Positions 1 to 14,134 of a stretch of DNA of 64,000 nucleotides are shown piece by piece; within the stretch, counting starts at the first letter, position 1, and each line of letters opens with the position of its first letter. The stretch covers positions 496,001 to 560,000 of the forward strand of contig OX597817.1 in the NCBI GenBank assembly GCA_951406725.2. Direction: 5' to 3'. Position numbers and translations under genes: made by a program. Source of the DNA: Octopus vulgaris (lineage: Eukaryota). The notes beneath the pieces were generated by a model. The model did not search any database, was not told the origin of the DNA, and saw only the letters and a program-made list of their open reading frames with translations.

Positions 1-1342
1 ATTATATCTCCCTCTATTAACACACTGGCACAAATGTTTGGCCTAGCTGAATTGTTAGAGTAGTAGATTACCAGACTAAGGATTTACAATTCATATCCTG
101 TTACTGGTAATTAATTGTTAAAGGCCCAGTCCACCTAGTTGGAAATGAGAACCATGGGTTTGACTATCATCAGCAGGATTACTGAACAACCGCGTTCTGC
201 ACTGCAGTGCTGAGTATGAATGGCTGGACTTGCCTCAAATATAGCAGCTTATAGAGTTGTACTAGTTTCTATTCACACTTCTATAAACCCGTTTCTTTAA
301 AGAGAGGTAGAAATTTGTAAAGGGCCCCAAAACAGGCTTTATACTATTTAGTTTGGTATCTCAAACATCGTGGTTAAATTCCACTCAAAGTTGACTGTCT
401 TTCATTCTTTCTAAAAAATAAGGATATCAACCAAATAAGGAGAGAAGCTGTGCAATCAACTGCAGCTCCTTCTTCATAATAAAAAGTGCATCAGAAAGTC
501 ACTCAACCGAGATCATTATTCAGACTGATTAGCTGAGGTAAGCCGGATGCAACCAGAGTATCACAGGCCAAGGTTGAACTCACTTTTGGACAAGTTTAAC
601 CTTTACACAAAAAAAAATCCCTAAAATTTATAATTTTATAGATCTTCAGTTCATTTATTAAAAAATATATATAGTTTTACAGGTGCGCAAACATCGATGT
701 GCATATGAAGGTGCATTGTGTTTGTGCAAATATATGTCTATCAATTATATGTATGCATTTCTATGCACATTTATATCTCTATATATTTGTATTATTGTAT
801 GTGCATGTATACACACACACATTTCTGTATGTGTTTCTATGTTCGTGTGTAGATAGAAAGACCAATACACATATATGCATACAAAGGCTGTTCAAATGTT
901 TAAATCTAAATTTGAACCTTTTTATTTACTCATAACACACACTTTCCTATTATGCCACCTGTGCAACAAGATGGTAATCAATTATATCAGTTCATGTTCA
1001 ACACCTCTCTCTTACTATCACCATCTCTCTTACTATCACCATCTCTCACCTCTGTTATTTGTTATTAAAATTCATCACTCTTAACACTCTCTCTCTCTCT
1101 CTCTCTACTAACCATCATATAGCTGTCTGTCATTTTCTCCCATGAAAAAACCCTTGCTCCTATCACTCTGGTTTTCCTCTATTACTCACTTCTGTCACCT
1201 TATTGCACTGGTCCTCTCCTAAATTTCCCTCCTCAATTACCTTCCCTGTCATATTATTTCTATTGACTCTCCTTATTGACAACCATCATGTAGCTATCTC
1301 TCTCTCTCTCTCCTCTATTTGTCTCTCTCTCTCCTCTATTTG

Positions 1343-1381
<39 letters not shown>

Positions 1382-1965
1382 TCTCTTCTGTTACTCCCAT
1401 ATTCCTATTATCCTAGTCCTTTTCTTCCCATCCAGTTGTGTGAAAAGAAAGGGATGAATGTAACTCTAGAAACAAAGGACACTTTAGATTTGCCAGAGAC
1501 AAAACAGCCTCTCAGATACAAATGGGTAAATGAAGGTGATGACTATCTAGATCCACCCATCAATCCTATCTGATTTCTACAATGTCACTATTCACACCTA
1601 AGTGAATGCTCAATGTCCAACTATTGAGCATTTGAGAAACCAGAGGAAATAGTACCTTACTGGAAAATAAGTCAGAGTTGGCAACAGGACAGGTTTCTGG
1701 ATACAGAAAAATTGCCTTGATGAACAATAAGTTTCACTTGGAAAGTTAATATTAAGACGGTGATGGATGATGGATGATGGTGTGTTTGTTTCCTATAGTC
1801 TTGCATGTGTTCCTACATGTGTGCACATGTATTTCTGTATGCATATCAATGTTTGTGCACATGTACATATTTTATTTTCATCAATATCAAGACATTAGCA
1901 TGGGTTTGAAAAATTCAAATGAAATGAAAAAGAGAGAAAAGTAAAATAGTTTTAAGTGTACTTAC

Positions 1966-2665
1966 CTATATATATCTGAACTCCAGGCTCTTTGGAATTA
2001 TAAAGGTAAGATATAGCAATGGACATGTTGAAAAGTTTTGATTCAAACAGTCGTAATAACCATGAGTGTTTAGCTGGAGGTGGTTTGGTTTTGTGTTTTG
2101 ACTTGCATAACTGCTTGGGAGTGGAATCTATAACATGTCCATTCTCTATGGGGTAACCATTTTGTTCTTCGGAAGGAGTACAGTTTAAATTCAAACTCAA
2201 ACCCTTTGAATTCAACCGGCTGCTATACAGAGAGTTTATATTGTTGGCATTTTCAAGGTCCATGTGGTTAGTTTCAGAGGTAGTCACAGCACTGTCTTCA
2301 TCCATAGCTTCAGGAGTCTGTCGAAGTTGAATAGATTCTTCGTCCATTGGCCAGTCCTCATGATCATCACCAGCATTTCCATAACACTCACTGCAGCCTT
2401 CATCAATTGGCAATGTGTCGTTATCACCATTTACTAAGGCTGAATCCATTCCCTTTTCTTGTCTGTACAACTCCTGACTGTCAGTGATGCTCTCTTCCAA
2501 AATGCACATATTGCGATTTAGAAGCTGCTGGCTGTAGGTATTTTTCATGCCCCCATTTATTTCCTGGTGTATTGTTGGGTAGTGGCCATGTATTTTTTCA
2601 CCTACTTCACTGGCCACATTGCTTACAAATGGATACTCTGCTTGAGAAATTTCCATATTGTACAT
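1966..2665 (-). CDS. PI4KB: Phosphatidylinositol 4-kinase beta, first coding exon (N-terminal region plus start of the helical domain); gene continues left of the window
   Basis: The frame ends in [36 protein letters not shown], matching the PI4KB signature [32 protein letters not shown]. It is followed by a phase-1 donor, ATAG|GTAAGT, at 1966/1965. There is an in-frame TAA at 2710-2708, so the start is ATG 2665 or ATG 2656 (AATATGG context), not the TTG at 2707. Confidence 0.9.
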
Positions 2666-3234
2666 ACTATATAAATGTGTTTCTTTACCGTTCAATATGA
2701 GTACCAATTATGTGAGAGGAGTGAGAATAGTGTATAGGAGTTTCTACATTGCAATAATATGTGGTTGGAATGTAAGCTGACTGATTTAGATTCTTTGCAG
2801 GACTTCCAGTGGAATCAGCAAATCGTACCATTATGGCATAACATACATTAATGCACAGACTAAATGTAAACAGTAACAGGAGTGGAGAAAAGCCAAGATA
2901 ACAATAAGGAACCAAATGGGAAAGTACTGCTAAAAGGTAACAGAAACTAAAAATGTAGGATTCTGCAAGAAGAGGAAGGTCTGAATTAACTCTTGCAGAA
3001 TGTTGAACATTGAATGCAGTATTTTATCACAAATATTCAAGGTTTTTATGAATAACTTATCACAGATGGTCAGCTCAAAAGAATAAAGTCTGGTGGATAA
3101 CAGATGATCGTTGGAAAAAAAAGAATAGGCCAGTTCTTGGTGTAGGTCTTTGTTTCTCAGGTAACAAAACCACCAGACCATTAAAGTTGCTTCACCGATA
3201 TTGACTTGAACGTGTCAACCATCAAAAGAGCCAA
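2666..3234 (-). other. PI4KB: 5'UTR part of the PI4KB first coding exon
   Basis: Strong acceptor TCTGTTTTATTTCTTCTCTTCCAG| with AG at 3236-3235. No repeats and several stops in the PI4KB frame. Alternative acceptors at 2963 and 2930. Confidence 0.6.
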
Positions 3235-4938
3235 CTGGAAGAGAAGAAATAAAACAGATTATTAATTTATGGTCGCAATAAGAATACCTCATAACAAAAA
3301 CATCAAGAAAACAAAAACTTAAAAACTGATTTTCTACATTGGCACACAGTCAAGAAATTTTTAGAAAAGGGACACAGCCATCTAAAGTAATGCCAGCATG
3401 CTTGGTGCTTATCTTAGAAGGATGGAAAATGACATCAGCCTCTGACAGGATTTCAACTCAGCATGAAAGAGGACAAAACTACATACTACATGTCATTTAG
3501 TTTGGTACTTTATTTCAGACAACTAATAATGTTTAGTATGAATAACAATAAAAAGTAGAGTAGCAAAAGTACTTATGTTTAAATCCTGCTAATGTTAACT
3601 TTGTCTTCTTTCTTGTGTTGATAAAATAAAGTACCAGTCAAGTACTACTGTTAATATACTCAACTAACTTCTTCTCTTAAAACTTCTAACCTTTTGCTTT
3701 TATCTTAAAGTTTATTATTGATAATGAAACAAAAAACAAATTAGTAAAACAAGTACAGGACAAAATGGTTTGTGATATTTAGTTAAGCTATTTTGCATTC
3801 AGACCTCAAATCCTGCTATGGTAAATTTTACAGCCAAGTGCTGAAGTTGATTTTAAAAAATTATGCCCACCATAACTATAGTCTTGTCTCTAGGTTAGGG
3901 ATCATTAAATAATAATGATTCTTAACAAATGCAGATAACCGACAAATATTTGTGAGAGAAAGTATAGTTAATAGTTAGTCATTAAATTAATATCAATAAT
4001 TGACTGGTATAGATTTTATCAAACCATAAGTTTGAAAAATAAATTCTTACTAAGAGTTAAACTTAAAACTTAGATGTCAATGATAATGATTTCTGACATT
4101 GGCATGAGACAACAAATTTGAGAGAAAGATAAATCAACCTCAGTATTTGATTGATACTTTATTTTATTGGCACCAGAACAATGAAAAGTCAATCTTAACA
4201 AGATGTGAACTCAATGACAATATGTATTTCTTAACTAGTTAGCTACAGGCCAGTTTTCTATCTAATATATGGTAGACTTTTTTCATTCTTTCAGGGTCGA
4301 TAAAATAAGAACCAGTTGAGCATTGGAGTTGATGTAATAGACTTACCCTCCCCACAATTGCTGGCCTTGTGCCAAAATTTGAAATCAATATGTAGTATGC
4401 CTATGTTCTACAAGAATAAATTTTTTTAAATTCATACTCTCTGGAAATTAGAGACAATGAAACTTGTGGTGGTCTTTTATAGGTAAAAATTAGTGATATT
4501 TACGAGTTTGGATAAATTCATATGCCTTAAGAAGAGAGGAATCTGATGTCTCGGGGAAACTTTTTCATTCGAAAGGAATATCTTATTGACATTCTTTTTT
4601 CTTTTCTTTGATAGAGAGGGTTAGGCCAAAAATATTAGGCTCCTCTTCACACTGCAGCATACAGTGAACGATTTACTGAAAATTAGTTGCTTTCATATTC
4701 AGCTAGGGTTTAGAACAATAGGCTCTAATATGAAACTATGATGGAGGGTTTTAATTGAGATGTGAACATTTTAAAACAAGCAATTTAGTATTAAAGGTGG
4801 TCTCAGGTTGGTAGGTATTAAAAGAGTTATCATGAAACAATAAGATGCTTTCACATTATCTTAATCTCCTCAGCTAAGGCTTTTAAATACATAATAGAAT
4901 TATCTACATTATAAATGTCACAAGTATTATGCATTATG

Positions 4939-4939
<1 letters not shown>

Positions 4940-5002
<63 letters not shown>
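4940..5002. repeat. (TA)n(GA)n compound microsatellite
   Basis: Directly visible; one of many in the window. Confidence 0.95.
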
Positions 5003-5006
<4 letters not shown>

Positions 5007-7095
5007 AGATGTATGCATTGTCACATATACTGCCTTTGAATGTTCAACTATGGATTATGCTTTTCCCATTTTGGGTGAACTCTATTGATGATGATGATGA
5101 TGATTATTATTAAGGACTGAAATGATGGCTGTCAATGTAATTGGCCTAAACTTTATTTGAAAAAGAATCTTACAAAAGATAAAAGACAAATATAGATAAA
5201 AGATCACTGACTTGGATTGTCTGTCAGTAAAAGGATAATACATTCAAACACAGCCTTACATAAAATATATTGGCTAAGTGGGTGGTGGAACATATGTGCA
5301 TATATGTGTGTTTGTTTACTTGCACAAGTGTGTCTTAATACACACCATCTCTGTTAAGGAGAAAAATGGAGAGATAATGTAAAGCAGCTAGTTCATTTCT
5401 ACCTGAATAGTCATGTACCTGAAAGAGACCCATATATATATACATGTACTCATGTATATCTTTGTCCCCATTTGTATGTCACTATGTGTATACACTTGTA
5501 CAAGAGTTACATCATAATGTAGAAGATTTGTATGGGAAACCACCAACTTAACCCAGAGGGATCAAATAGGTTTGGGCTAAATTGCTAATTACTTGCAGTC
5601 CTTTTGGATTGCTTAGTACACATGCAAGTTCTTTTATCACTCAGTACATCCTACACCAGCAAATGTCTGTTGTTCTTCTATATTTGAGATACACTGACAT
5701 GACAAGCACATGTCCTTATATGGTACAGTAACTGCATTAATTCAGCCATCAAATCACATCACATCACCAATGTACATTACACATGAGCCACTACAGGAGC
5801 ATTTCCATGTCACTTGACTTGCTAGATGTAGTAGCAAATCTCAAACCAGTTTATAAAAAGGTACATCAAATAATGCTTTATGAGGTACACCATTCCAGAA
5901 GAAAAACTGCAATAATTATGGCTGGAATGCACTTTATTCACAGAAATATTCTATCAGGATTGACTGAAGGTTAAAACTATATAATCATATATACTGTTTA
6001 GATAGTTTAAGTTTTAAAAATCCATTGGGTCTCTATACCCAATACAGTCCTGACTAGCAACCACAAACAACAAATGTTTCACAAGCCAATGAGAGACTCT
6101 ATATAGTCATTTGGCTTGCTAGAAATAGCAACCAAATCTCTGGAGCTGATTTAATTGACTAACCGCCCTCCCCCAAATTTCAGGCATTGTGCACAAGTTA
6201 GGAACAATTATTAAGGGGCAATGAATTGACAGAAGCATTAGAGAGTCATAGTAAATACTTTGAGATATTTCTTCCAGCTCTTTATATTCTTTCAAATTCT
6301 TTGCCTTTTATTCTCTTTTCTGGGTGGGAGGTGGCCAGTAGTATCAGCTAAACCTCTGCTTCCAAATTTCAGGCCTTGTGTCTATGTTAGAAACATTATT
6401 ATTACTATTATTATGGGGGTGGATGAGTTGATAAAATAAAATGGGTTCATGCAGTCAACAATTCCTTCTCACAAAAGCTATATATGACCTCAGGCCTATG
6501 TTAGAAAACAATTTACCCTAAGTTTCATGCAAGCTTTTACACAACTTTGTGTGCTTTTGTGCCCCAGTCTGAACACAACATAGACCTTTAGGAATGTAGA
6601 AAATTGTCTTAGATCTGCTTCCCTTTGTCACAAGATGCGTTTTGTTTACTGGTGTTATTTCAATGTTTAATCTTCATTGACATATATATGATGTGTGCAG
6701 TAGGTGTGTAATTCTGTGCTAGGGAAGTTGTGTAATATTGCGCTGTTTTGGGTGTAAATTATGTGGAGTATATGTTATCTTATTGAATAGTGGCTATGTT
6801 ACTTATGTGATGAGTTGTGTTGCTGTTACTGATATATGCATATTGAGTTTTCAAATCCTGGTTGAAGTCATTTTACTTGTACTTATTAATGTCCCTTGAA
6901 GAAAAGGCAAAACACCACAACCGCCCGTTTCCTCTCTCAGCCACTTGAAAACATCACAACTTTTACTTGCTTCTCTCTCTCTTTCTCTATACCACTCAAA
7001 ATATTAAATTTCATAGTTGTTTCTTTTACCATTATACTTCTTTTGCTTTCCTTTCTCTTCTATATTGCACCAAATCAATATACCAATAGGCTTAA

Positions 7096-7301
7096 CCCTG
7101 TAGCATTTAAACTGGCTATATCCAGCCCAAATATTTTTTTTACCTGCTTTTACGTCCAAAATGACCAGATCCAGCCTCTCACACCTGCCCTACAATGTCA
7201 TTCTCAAAAAACAAATTATCACATCATCAAAATCTCAATGCTATGAGATAATGTGAACAAATACGCATTACATTTAGCAGGGTAATCTGAATGCAAAAAG
7301 T
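7096..7301. mobile_element. piggyBac-like MITE
   Basis: TTAA|CCCTGTAGCATT ... AATGCAAAAAGT|TTAA: TTAA flanks and degenerate terminal inverted repeats. Confidence 0.6.
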
Positions 7302-10129
7302 TTAAGCCACCATAACCAGTAGTTAATACAAGCAACAGAACCTCTCAATACAAAAGATAAACATTGTCAAACTTATGTAACTTTTCATGGTGACAATACT
7401 GATGGTTAAACAAGTACACTGAAAAACTTAATAGCAGGTATATCAATTAACAAAAATGGTGGGAGGAGTGATGGTTGTCAATGATAATCAATGAAAAAAG
7501 CAAATAAAAATAAAAATCAGTCAATGAACAAAAATATAACAAGACTCAAAGTTGAATATATGGGTTGTTCAGAGATAAGGAGTTAGATAAGAAATAAAAA
7601 TGTCAGCAGCATGACAACTCCATACACAAGTACAAAACTTTGTATTTGCAGGGAAAGTGAAATGACAGAGTGATACACATTGTTTTGAAATTCTCAGCAA
7701 CACACATGAAGTGAAAAGACAACAACCTGAAATATGAAAAACCAAATTCAGAGTATCTGCTTGCTTTGAGCTTACTTGTTGCTCTATGATACTCACCAGC
7801 CAGTTACTAACATCAATATTGATTTCTTTGAAATGCTCACGACCGATTTTCATGTGACAGATATACCTGGTATCTATTCTATAAATTACCAATAGATTAA
7901 ACTAAAAAGAGAACCTCAATGTGGTGACTTGTACTTGAAAAAATAGCAGTCAAAACTTCCCTCAAATTACACCTTACCATCTTAAAAGCGGAAGGACACC
8001 ATTGGAGATACATTACATATGAAAAGAAAAGAAGAAATAATCATAACACACTTTGATTGTAGTTCTGATCAGGGTTCATTTGAGATTAGACAGTGAAGAG
8101 TCAATACAAAGGCTACTAGAACAGCTATAAATAACCAAATCTCCTTCAAATTCCAACTTAACATCTTTAAAAAAAAGTAAGCATTGGAAAATGTAGTCCT
8201 AGATATACTCTGTCTATAAAAATATGTCAGAAGGGTCATGGTTTTGATAATACGACTGCAAGACCGTGATTTACCAGATGTAAACAAGAACAACTACAAA
8301 GAAATTAACAGTATAGGAGGCAAAAACACATGAATCTAATTCTGTCAGTTATTTTGTCCAGGAGTTTACAACTGCAACCAGCAAAGAAACCTCTACACAG
8401 TCAACCACTTAAAGATTGAATCCTAGATTCTTTTAAAAAAAACACAAGCATTAATACACTATCTTGGAGACAGCATTTTGGCAGTGACGTGGATTTTGAT
8501 AAAAAGGAATTATATTATTTAGTGAACATTTTTGTATGAGCAAGGGTAAATGGCAAAACACATGAAAACAAGACGGTTCAGAACAAGGGTTGAGATTCCC
8601 TGATGTAGAGGATAGACATAATTGTTATTTAGTCCCTGACATAGCTGAACATATGATCTTTCATCAGAAGTTCATAGCCAAACTTACAATGAAAGCCTTC
8701 CAGATGCAACTGTTCATCTTTTTGGCCTATGTGGAACTACATTCTCAAACGTATTTATCTACCTTTCTTTTAATGGCATAGATATGCATATATGAAGAAC
8801 AGGGTTGACTTACACATTTGTTCCTGGAAAGTTACTCCTTAGAGTACATACCTTGTAAAGGTTTATGTAAGGTAAGCAGGTATCCATGCAGCAAGTCTAT
8901 GTTCACACTACTGATGTCCAAGTGAAAAAAAACAAGGTCAGTACAGCATGGAACCAGCATCATTGCAAACAAATTCAGAACATTACAAACCCAAAGAGAT
9001 ACTACAAGACATCTCGTTCAACACTCTAACAACCTTATATAATTAATCATTGAGCACTTTTGTGAAAATACTTTGTCTTGTCAAATTAAGATGTGCTTTT
9101 GAAATCCATGAAATCTGGTTAATTTACCATGCATGCACACACCCAAAATTTACAAGGCATTTTGATTAGGTGTGTTGTACTACAGCCTTGGGTTAGCCAA
9201 AGCCTTGTGACTGAAAATGAGTAAATGGAGTCTGTGTGGAAATCCAACAAGCAAACTCTAACTACAATTGAAGAAGCCAGCCTTGTAATAGAGTGTATGA
9301 AGCTGATTATGCCTGAGGATTATGTTATCAGTACACATTACTGTGGAATACCCAGTTACTTATTCATTCAATGACCAGTAGTTCGGGTGAGAAAATTTCA
9401 GAACTGTCAAAACCACATGAGATCCATTTATTTTTTACTTTGAGAGAGAGAAAGAGAGAGTGTAATTATTAGATGTGTGTTCAAGCATGTGTTTGTATAT
9501 ATGTATTTGTGGTAGTAGTTATTTATTAAAAATAGGAGTAAGCAACATTGGAACTGGAATTTTGCACAGACAAATATTAATTTCTTTAATATAGAGAAAA
9601 TTTATTCATTTGATACTGAGGTTTTACCCTATACTTCCTTTGAATTGCCTATTATTATTATTACACATTCTCAAGTTGTCTTGAGAAATAGGTTAAAGCT
9701 CAGAGTAGCCTCAGCTTCAAATGAATTAGTAATTACTACATGTATTGAGTACTTGATTACTCTTGCTTGTGCATCAAAACACAGAGATATATAATTGTAT
9801 AAAACCAGGCATGAATGGAGTGAGCATCGATACAGGAGGCTTTCTACTTGGAACATCTATTTTGAAAATATGAATGGTGAGCAATATGCAATAATAGCTG
9901 CTATTGTAACTACAATAACAACAGCATTAACTGGTTTCCTTGGGAACAACAACCCTGCACTCTTGTTTTGTAAGAAGGAGGAGGATGTACGGTCTAAAGA
10001 CTTGACTTTAATGTATTCTAGTACTTATCAACAGTTCTGCAAAGAAAGATAAAAATTACCTTCCAGAAATGTTTGAAATCAAAATATGAGGCATCAAAAT
10101 AAAATAAAGCAATATAAAGATTCTTTTCA

Positions 10130-11050
10130 TTGACAGAAAGTCATCAAGAAATTTATAGGGAGATGGATATAATCAATACAACTGACAACTTGTACATATG
10201 TTGCAATCCTAGTACTTGATTCTTTATTTTATTGACCCCAGAAGTATGAAGAAGTTGACCTTAGCATGAGTCAAACTCAGCACGAAAAGACCTGTCACAA
10301 AATTCCTTAAGACATTTTGTAAGACACTGCTGATTCTTTCACTACACTACCCTTGATAATAAAAATTGGCACAAGAGTGATAAAAGCAAAGTCAAGCATG
10401 TTGGGATTTGAACTAGTATTTTGTCAATCATTTCAATAACACTGATAATACATTCTAATATTGACCAAGAGCACATTTAGTGTTTAAGGTGTATAACTGA
10501 TTATATTAACCCAGTACTTGGCTAGTACTTAATTTTATTGACCCAGGATAGATGAAAGGCTAAGTCAACCACAGTAGGATTTGAACTCAAAACAAAGAGA
10601 AGCAAAATGCTATAGCCACCACTCAATAATCATAATCATTTCTAACTTAGGTACAAGTGCACAAATTGTGAAACTGGTCAGAGCTGATTAACTGAAACCC
10701 AGCACATAGTAGAAATAACATGGAAGAATGAAAGACAGTCAACCTAAAAAGGATTTTAATTCAGAACATAAAATAATAGAATTAAATAGTAGAAGGTATC
10801 TAATTTTTCATTTCTGCTTTTCTTATAATCATAAAGAATTCTTAGGAATAAGACCAAAAATTTTCAGAAAGAAGGGTTAATCAATTAAAGCAATCCCAAG
10901 TGCTTAGTACTTTTATTGACCCCAGAAATACGAAGAGCAAAGCTGGCCTTGGTATGATTTGAAATCAGAACATAAAAGGCCATAACAAAATGCCTTGTGG
11001 CATTTTGTTAGATACCCTAATGATACTGCCAAACCACCATCCTTAATAAT
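10130..11050 (-). mobile_element. Cluster of several decayed tRNA-derived SINEs
   Basis: Repeated ATTGACCCCAG..ATGAAAGGC.AAGTCAAC..GATTTGAACTCAG blocks, the reverse complement of the SINE core at 27540-27660 and 61007-61205. Confidence 0.75.
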
Positions 11051-11959
11051 TATGATAATTATAACAATATATAACTTTTATGTAGGAGTTCCCTGAGAGA
11101 AGAGGGGGAGATGAGGAAACATATATTCTACACTAATTACAACCTATTAAGAATAATACCTGAAAGATATATGTGGATGAAATTAAAGAAAGTATTGCTG
11201 TGCTTCGGGCTCCTTTTTGCTTAAGAGAGCCTCTATGTGATCACTTCACTTGATGAAAAATAACAGCAAAATTCCCTTGATTAACAACCTGCCATCCTAA
11301 AGAAGGATACAATAGTTGATACAACCCAAGATAAACAAAAATATAAGGACACCTTTTATTATACATCTGCTCAGGCAGTACTGGCCAAGGGCTAAGCAAT
11401 AACATTTTTTTTTTCTAAGTTAGAGTTTAAATTAACATACACACACACACACCACACATACATACATGTATATATATTCACAACTTCAGAGACAACCCCA
11501 ATTAGACATGTCCAACAAGTTTTGCGAATGGACACAAGAAAACAAATAAGAGTACAAAATATATCATTACAGTGTGAGAAAGAAACTGAGAGAGAATTCA
11601 ATGACTTTTCAGATCCCTATTTTCCACTAAGAACAATCACAAACTGATACATCCATTGACATATATTAATTTTCATCCTCATTTTTTTACCAAGTGAGTA
11701 ATGGAGAAAGAGAGAGATAGAATTCATTGTCTTTGGTTGACAAAGTTTTCGATAAATAATAAACTATCAATTTAAAATTCATTAAAGCAACTCAACTTCA
11801 ACACCAATTGTAATGGTAATTGCATCAAAGCATTTAATTATCTTGGACAAATTTGCACTTGTTTATTTACACTAATCTTCTGAATCTGACAGTTACTTCA
11901 TTAAATCTTCTATTTTTGAAATTTTTGTATTTGTACTTTATATATATATTTTTTTTTTT

Positions 11960-12130
11960 ATGAGCTGGCAGAACCATTACTGTATCAGACAAAATGCTTA
12001 GCAGCATTTCCTCCAGCTCTTTAGATTCTGAGTTTAAATTCCACTGAGGTCAACTTTCATCCTTTCGGGTTGGTAAAATAAGTACCAGTCAAGTATTGGG
12101 TTCAGATTTTGTGCTTTTATTAAAAACAAT
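11960..12130 (+). mobile_element. tRNA-derived SINE (Nin/Deu-core-like family)
   Basis: GAGCTGGCAGAA..AAAATGCTTAGC..TTCTGAGTTTAAATTCC..CATCCTTTCGGG..AAAATAAGTACCAGT, shared with many copies in the window. Confidence 0.8.
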
Positions 12131-12829
12131 TATTATTATGATTGAAATTTTTAACTTTAAATTCATTTTTGATAATGTTATTAAAAACCAGTGAGATTTG
12201 CTTATTGCCTCTCTGACTGAATTTTCGTTAATTTTTTGAGCATTCTCACATGATTAGGTTTTCAATTCAGTAAAACAACTAACAACATTAAATTAAGGTT
12301 ATGTGAAAAGCAGCATATTCACATCAAAACTTTCACTGCTTTTTATGTAATTTTCTTCCCCGACAAAGGGCCACTGTCCAAAACATTTAATTTTCCTGTT
12401 TCTTTCTTACAGTATAATCAACATTTTGTCTTTCTTGTGATACACAGGACATATTTCCCTGATGTTCATGCATCATGTATGATAAACATCCTAATTTTAT
12501 TTCAATCACCAGAGTTACTTGGGACTTAGGTGAGGAAAGCTCATTATTGCTCAGAACATATGAAACAATGACTAACTAAAAGTCTGAAAACAGGCAAGGA
12601 CGTTTTAGCACAAACTTATGAAAATGTTTAGGACATGCAATGTACCCATGTTCATTATTTTGTGGTTTTCCCCAGACTTTGTACTAAGCAGATGTAGTAG
12701 ACCAACCAGATTACCAGTGGATTACATTATGATACTCAATTATGTATGCGTGTGTATAGGCATGAATCCTTACTTTACAAACATTAAACATATCCATACA
12801 TTGTATGCACTGTATGCATACACTCTTAC

Positions 12830-12972
12830 CTTATATAAATTGCATTCATCCAGGTCTTACATAAATAGTATCTACACAGTGTTAAAAGATAGCAGCTGGT
12901 TGGTCTACTACAGTACAAAGGACCTGGTGTTTGAACGAGGAATCCAGCATAATTCTCAACAGTTATGTTCTG
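12830..12972 (-). other. Candidate spliced 5' leader exon (143 nt) of PI4KB or of an upstream small transcript
   Basis: Branch/acceptor GCTAACTGTTTACAG|CAG (NAGNAG) and strong donor TAAG|GTAAGA, in unique sequence. Confidence 0.5.
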
Positions 12973-14043
12973 CTGTAAACAGTTAGCGAGTGCTTTTCAA
13001 TTGCTTACATTACTAAATTCAAATTTTCTTATGATAATAATAGCTTGCAGAAGGATGTACTTCACCAAACGGTGACCCAACAGTTTACAGAACTACATCA
13101 TTCTATCATCATGATCACTAACACAAGGATCCCCTACGTAGTCGCTCAAGGAACAGTTGCCAAACTTACAGCATCTCATCCTTTTTTATAAGGAGGATAC
13201 ATAAGACAAAGTAGTTAGTCTCTGATTTACAAAAACACTGAATGGTCACACATTTTTCCTTTTGTGTGTGTGTGTGTGTGTATAAACTAGAATTTTTTGG
13301 TCATTGGTCTACCCGACTAGAGCTGACTGAGGGTTAAATAATAAATACAGAGTTCGTATGAGAGTGCACTGAGTTCTATGCGAGACATTGAGTGTCTGGG
13401 AAATTAATCACCCAACACTTCCTAAACGATCAGTATTTCCCCACGGCAAATAGCAATATGAAACTAGTAACACGCATGACTCACGGGATAACATACACAC
13501 ACACTGACACACATACATATATATACATGAGGAAGAGGAGAAGGAGACAGAGATCAGCACAAGTTTTGTTTTGTTTATTAATACATATTTAGATGTATGC
13601 GAGAATATTAATGTTTCTGATACTAGAAGCCATACTCCAAATAGTATCACACACACACACACACATGTACACATGAAGAAGGCAAGTGACACATTCCATA
13701 ATTTCAGCAAATGACCGAAACTAAACGGCACTTTTCATACACTGGTGCACAATCATAGGAAACACTTAAGATAATATACTGCAACGGTGAACAGCTACGT
13801 TACTTTATATAATATTGCGGCTGGGTTAAATTTGAAATACTTCACATCTGGCTGGCGAGAGAAGAAATGAAAAGTAACTTGCTCAAGAATGAAAACGAAC
13901 CTATTGACTACCTATCAGAAAGGAAGGAAGGAAGGAAGGAAGGAAGGAAGGAAAGAACGAACATAAATACGTGTGTGTGTGAGAGAGAGAGAGAGAGAGA
14001 CGTAGAGTCGGCCCTAAAGCACCAGACTCCTCTCCCCCCTTAC

Positions 14044-14134
14044 AGCAGATGAACTTATCCGAATTCACGAAATCTAGGGTATTCCCTTTAGCTGTTGACA
14101 GGATATCGCGATTCGACACACTTCTAGCAGAACT
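14044..14134 (-). other. Candidate alternative first (non-coding) exon
   Basis: Begins at Inr-like TCAGTT, is CpG-rich and ends at GCT|GTAAGG. Confidence 0.35.

Noticed and set aside
1952-2707. ORF-track 251-aa protein taken as given
   Set aside because: It starts at TTG right after a stop and runs past the splice donor at 1965; the supported coding exon is 2665-1966.
12360-12387. Fifth hammerhead-like motif (CCGACAA AGGGC-CACT-GTCC AAAA CATT)
   Set aside because: It needs three or more restorations and has no stem I; at most a very old relic.
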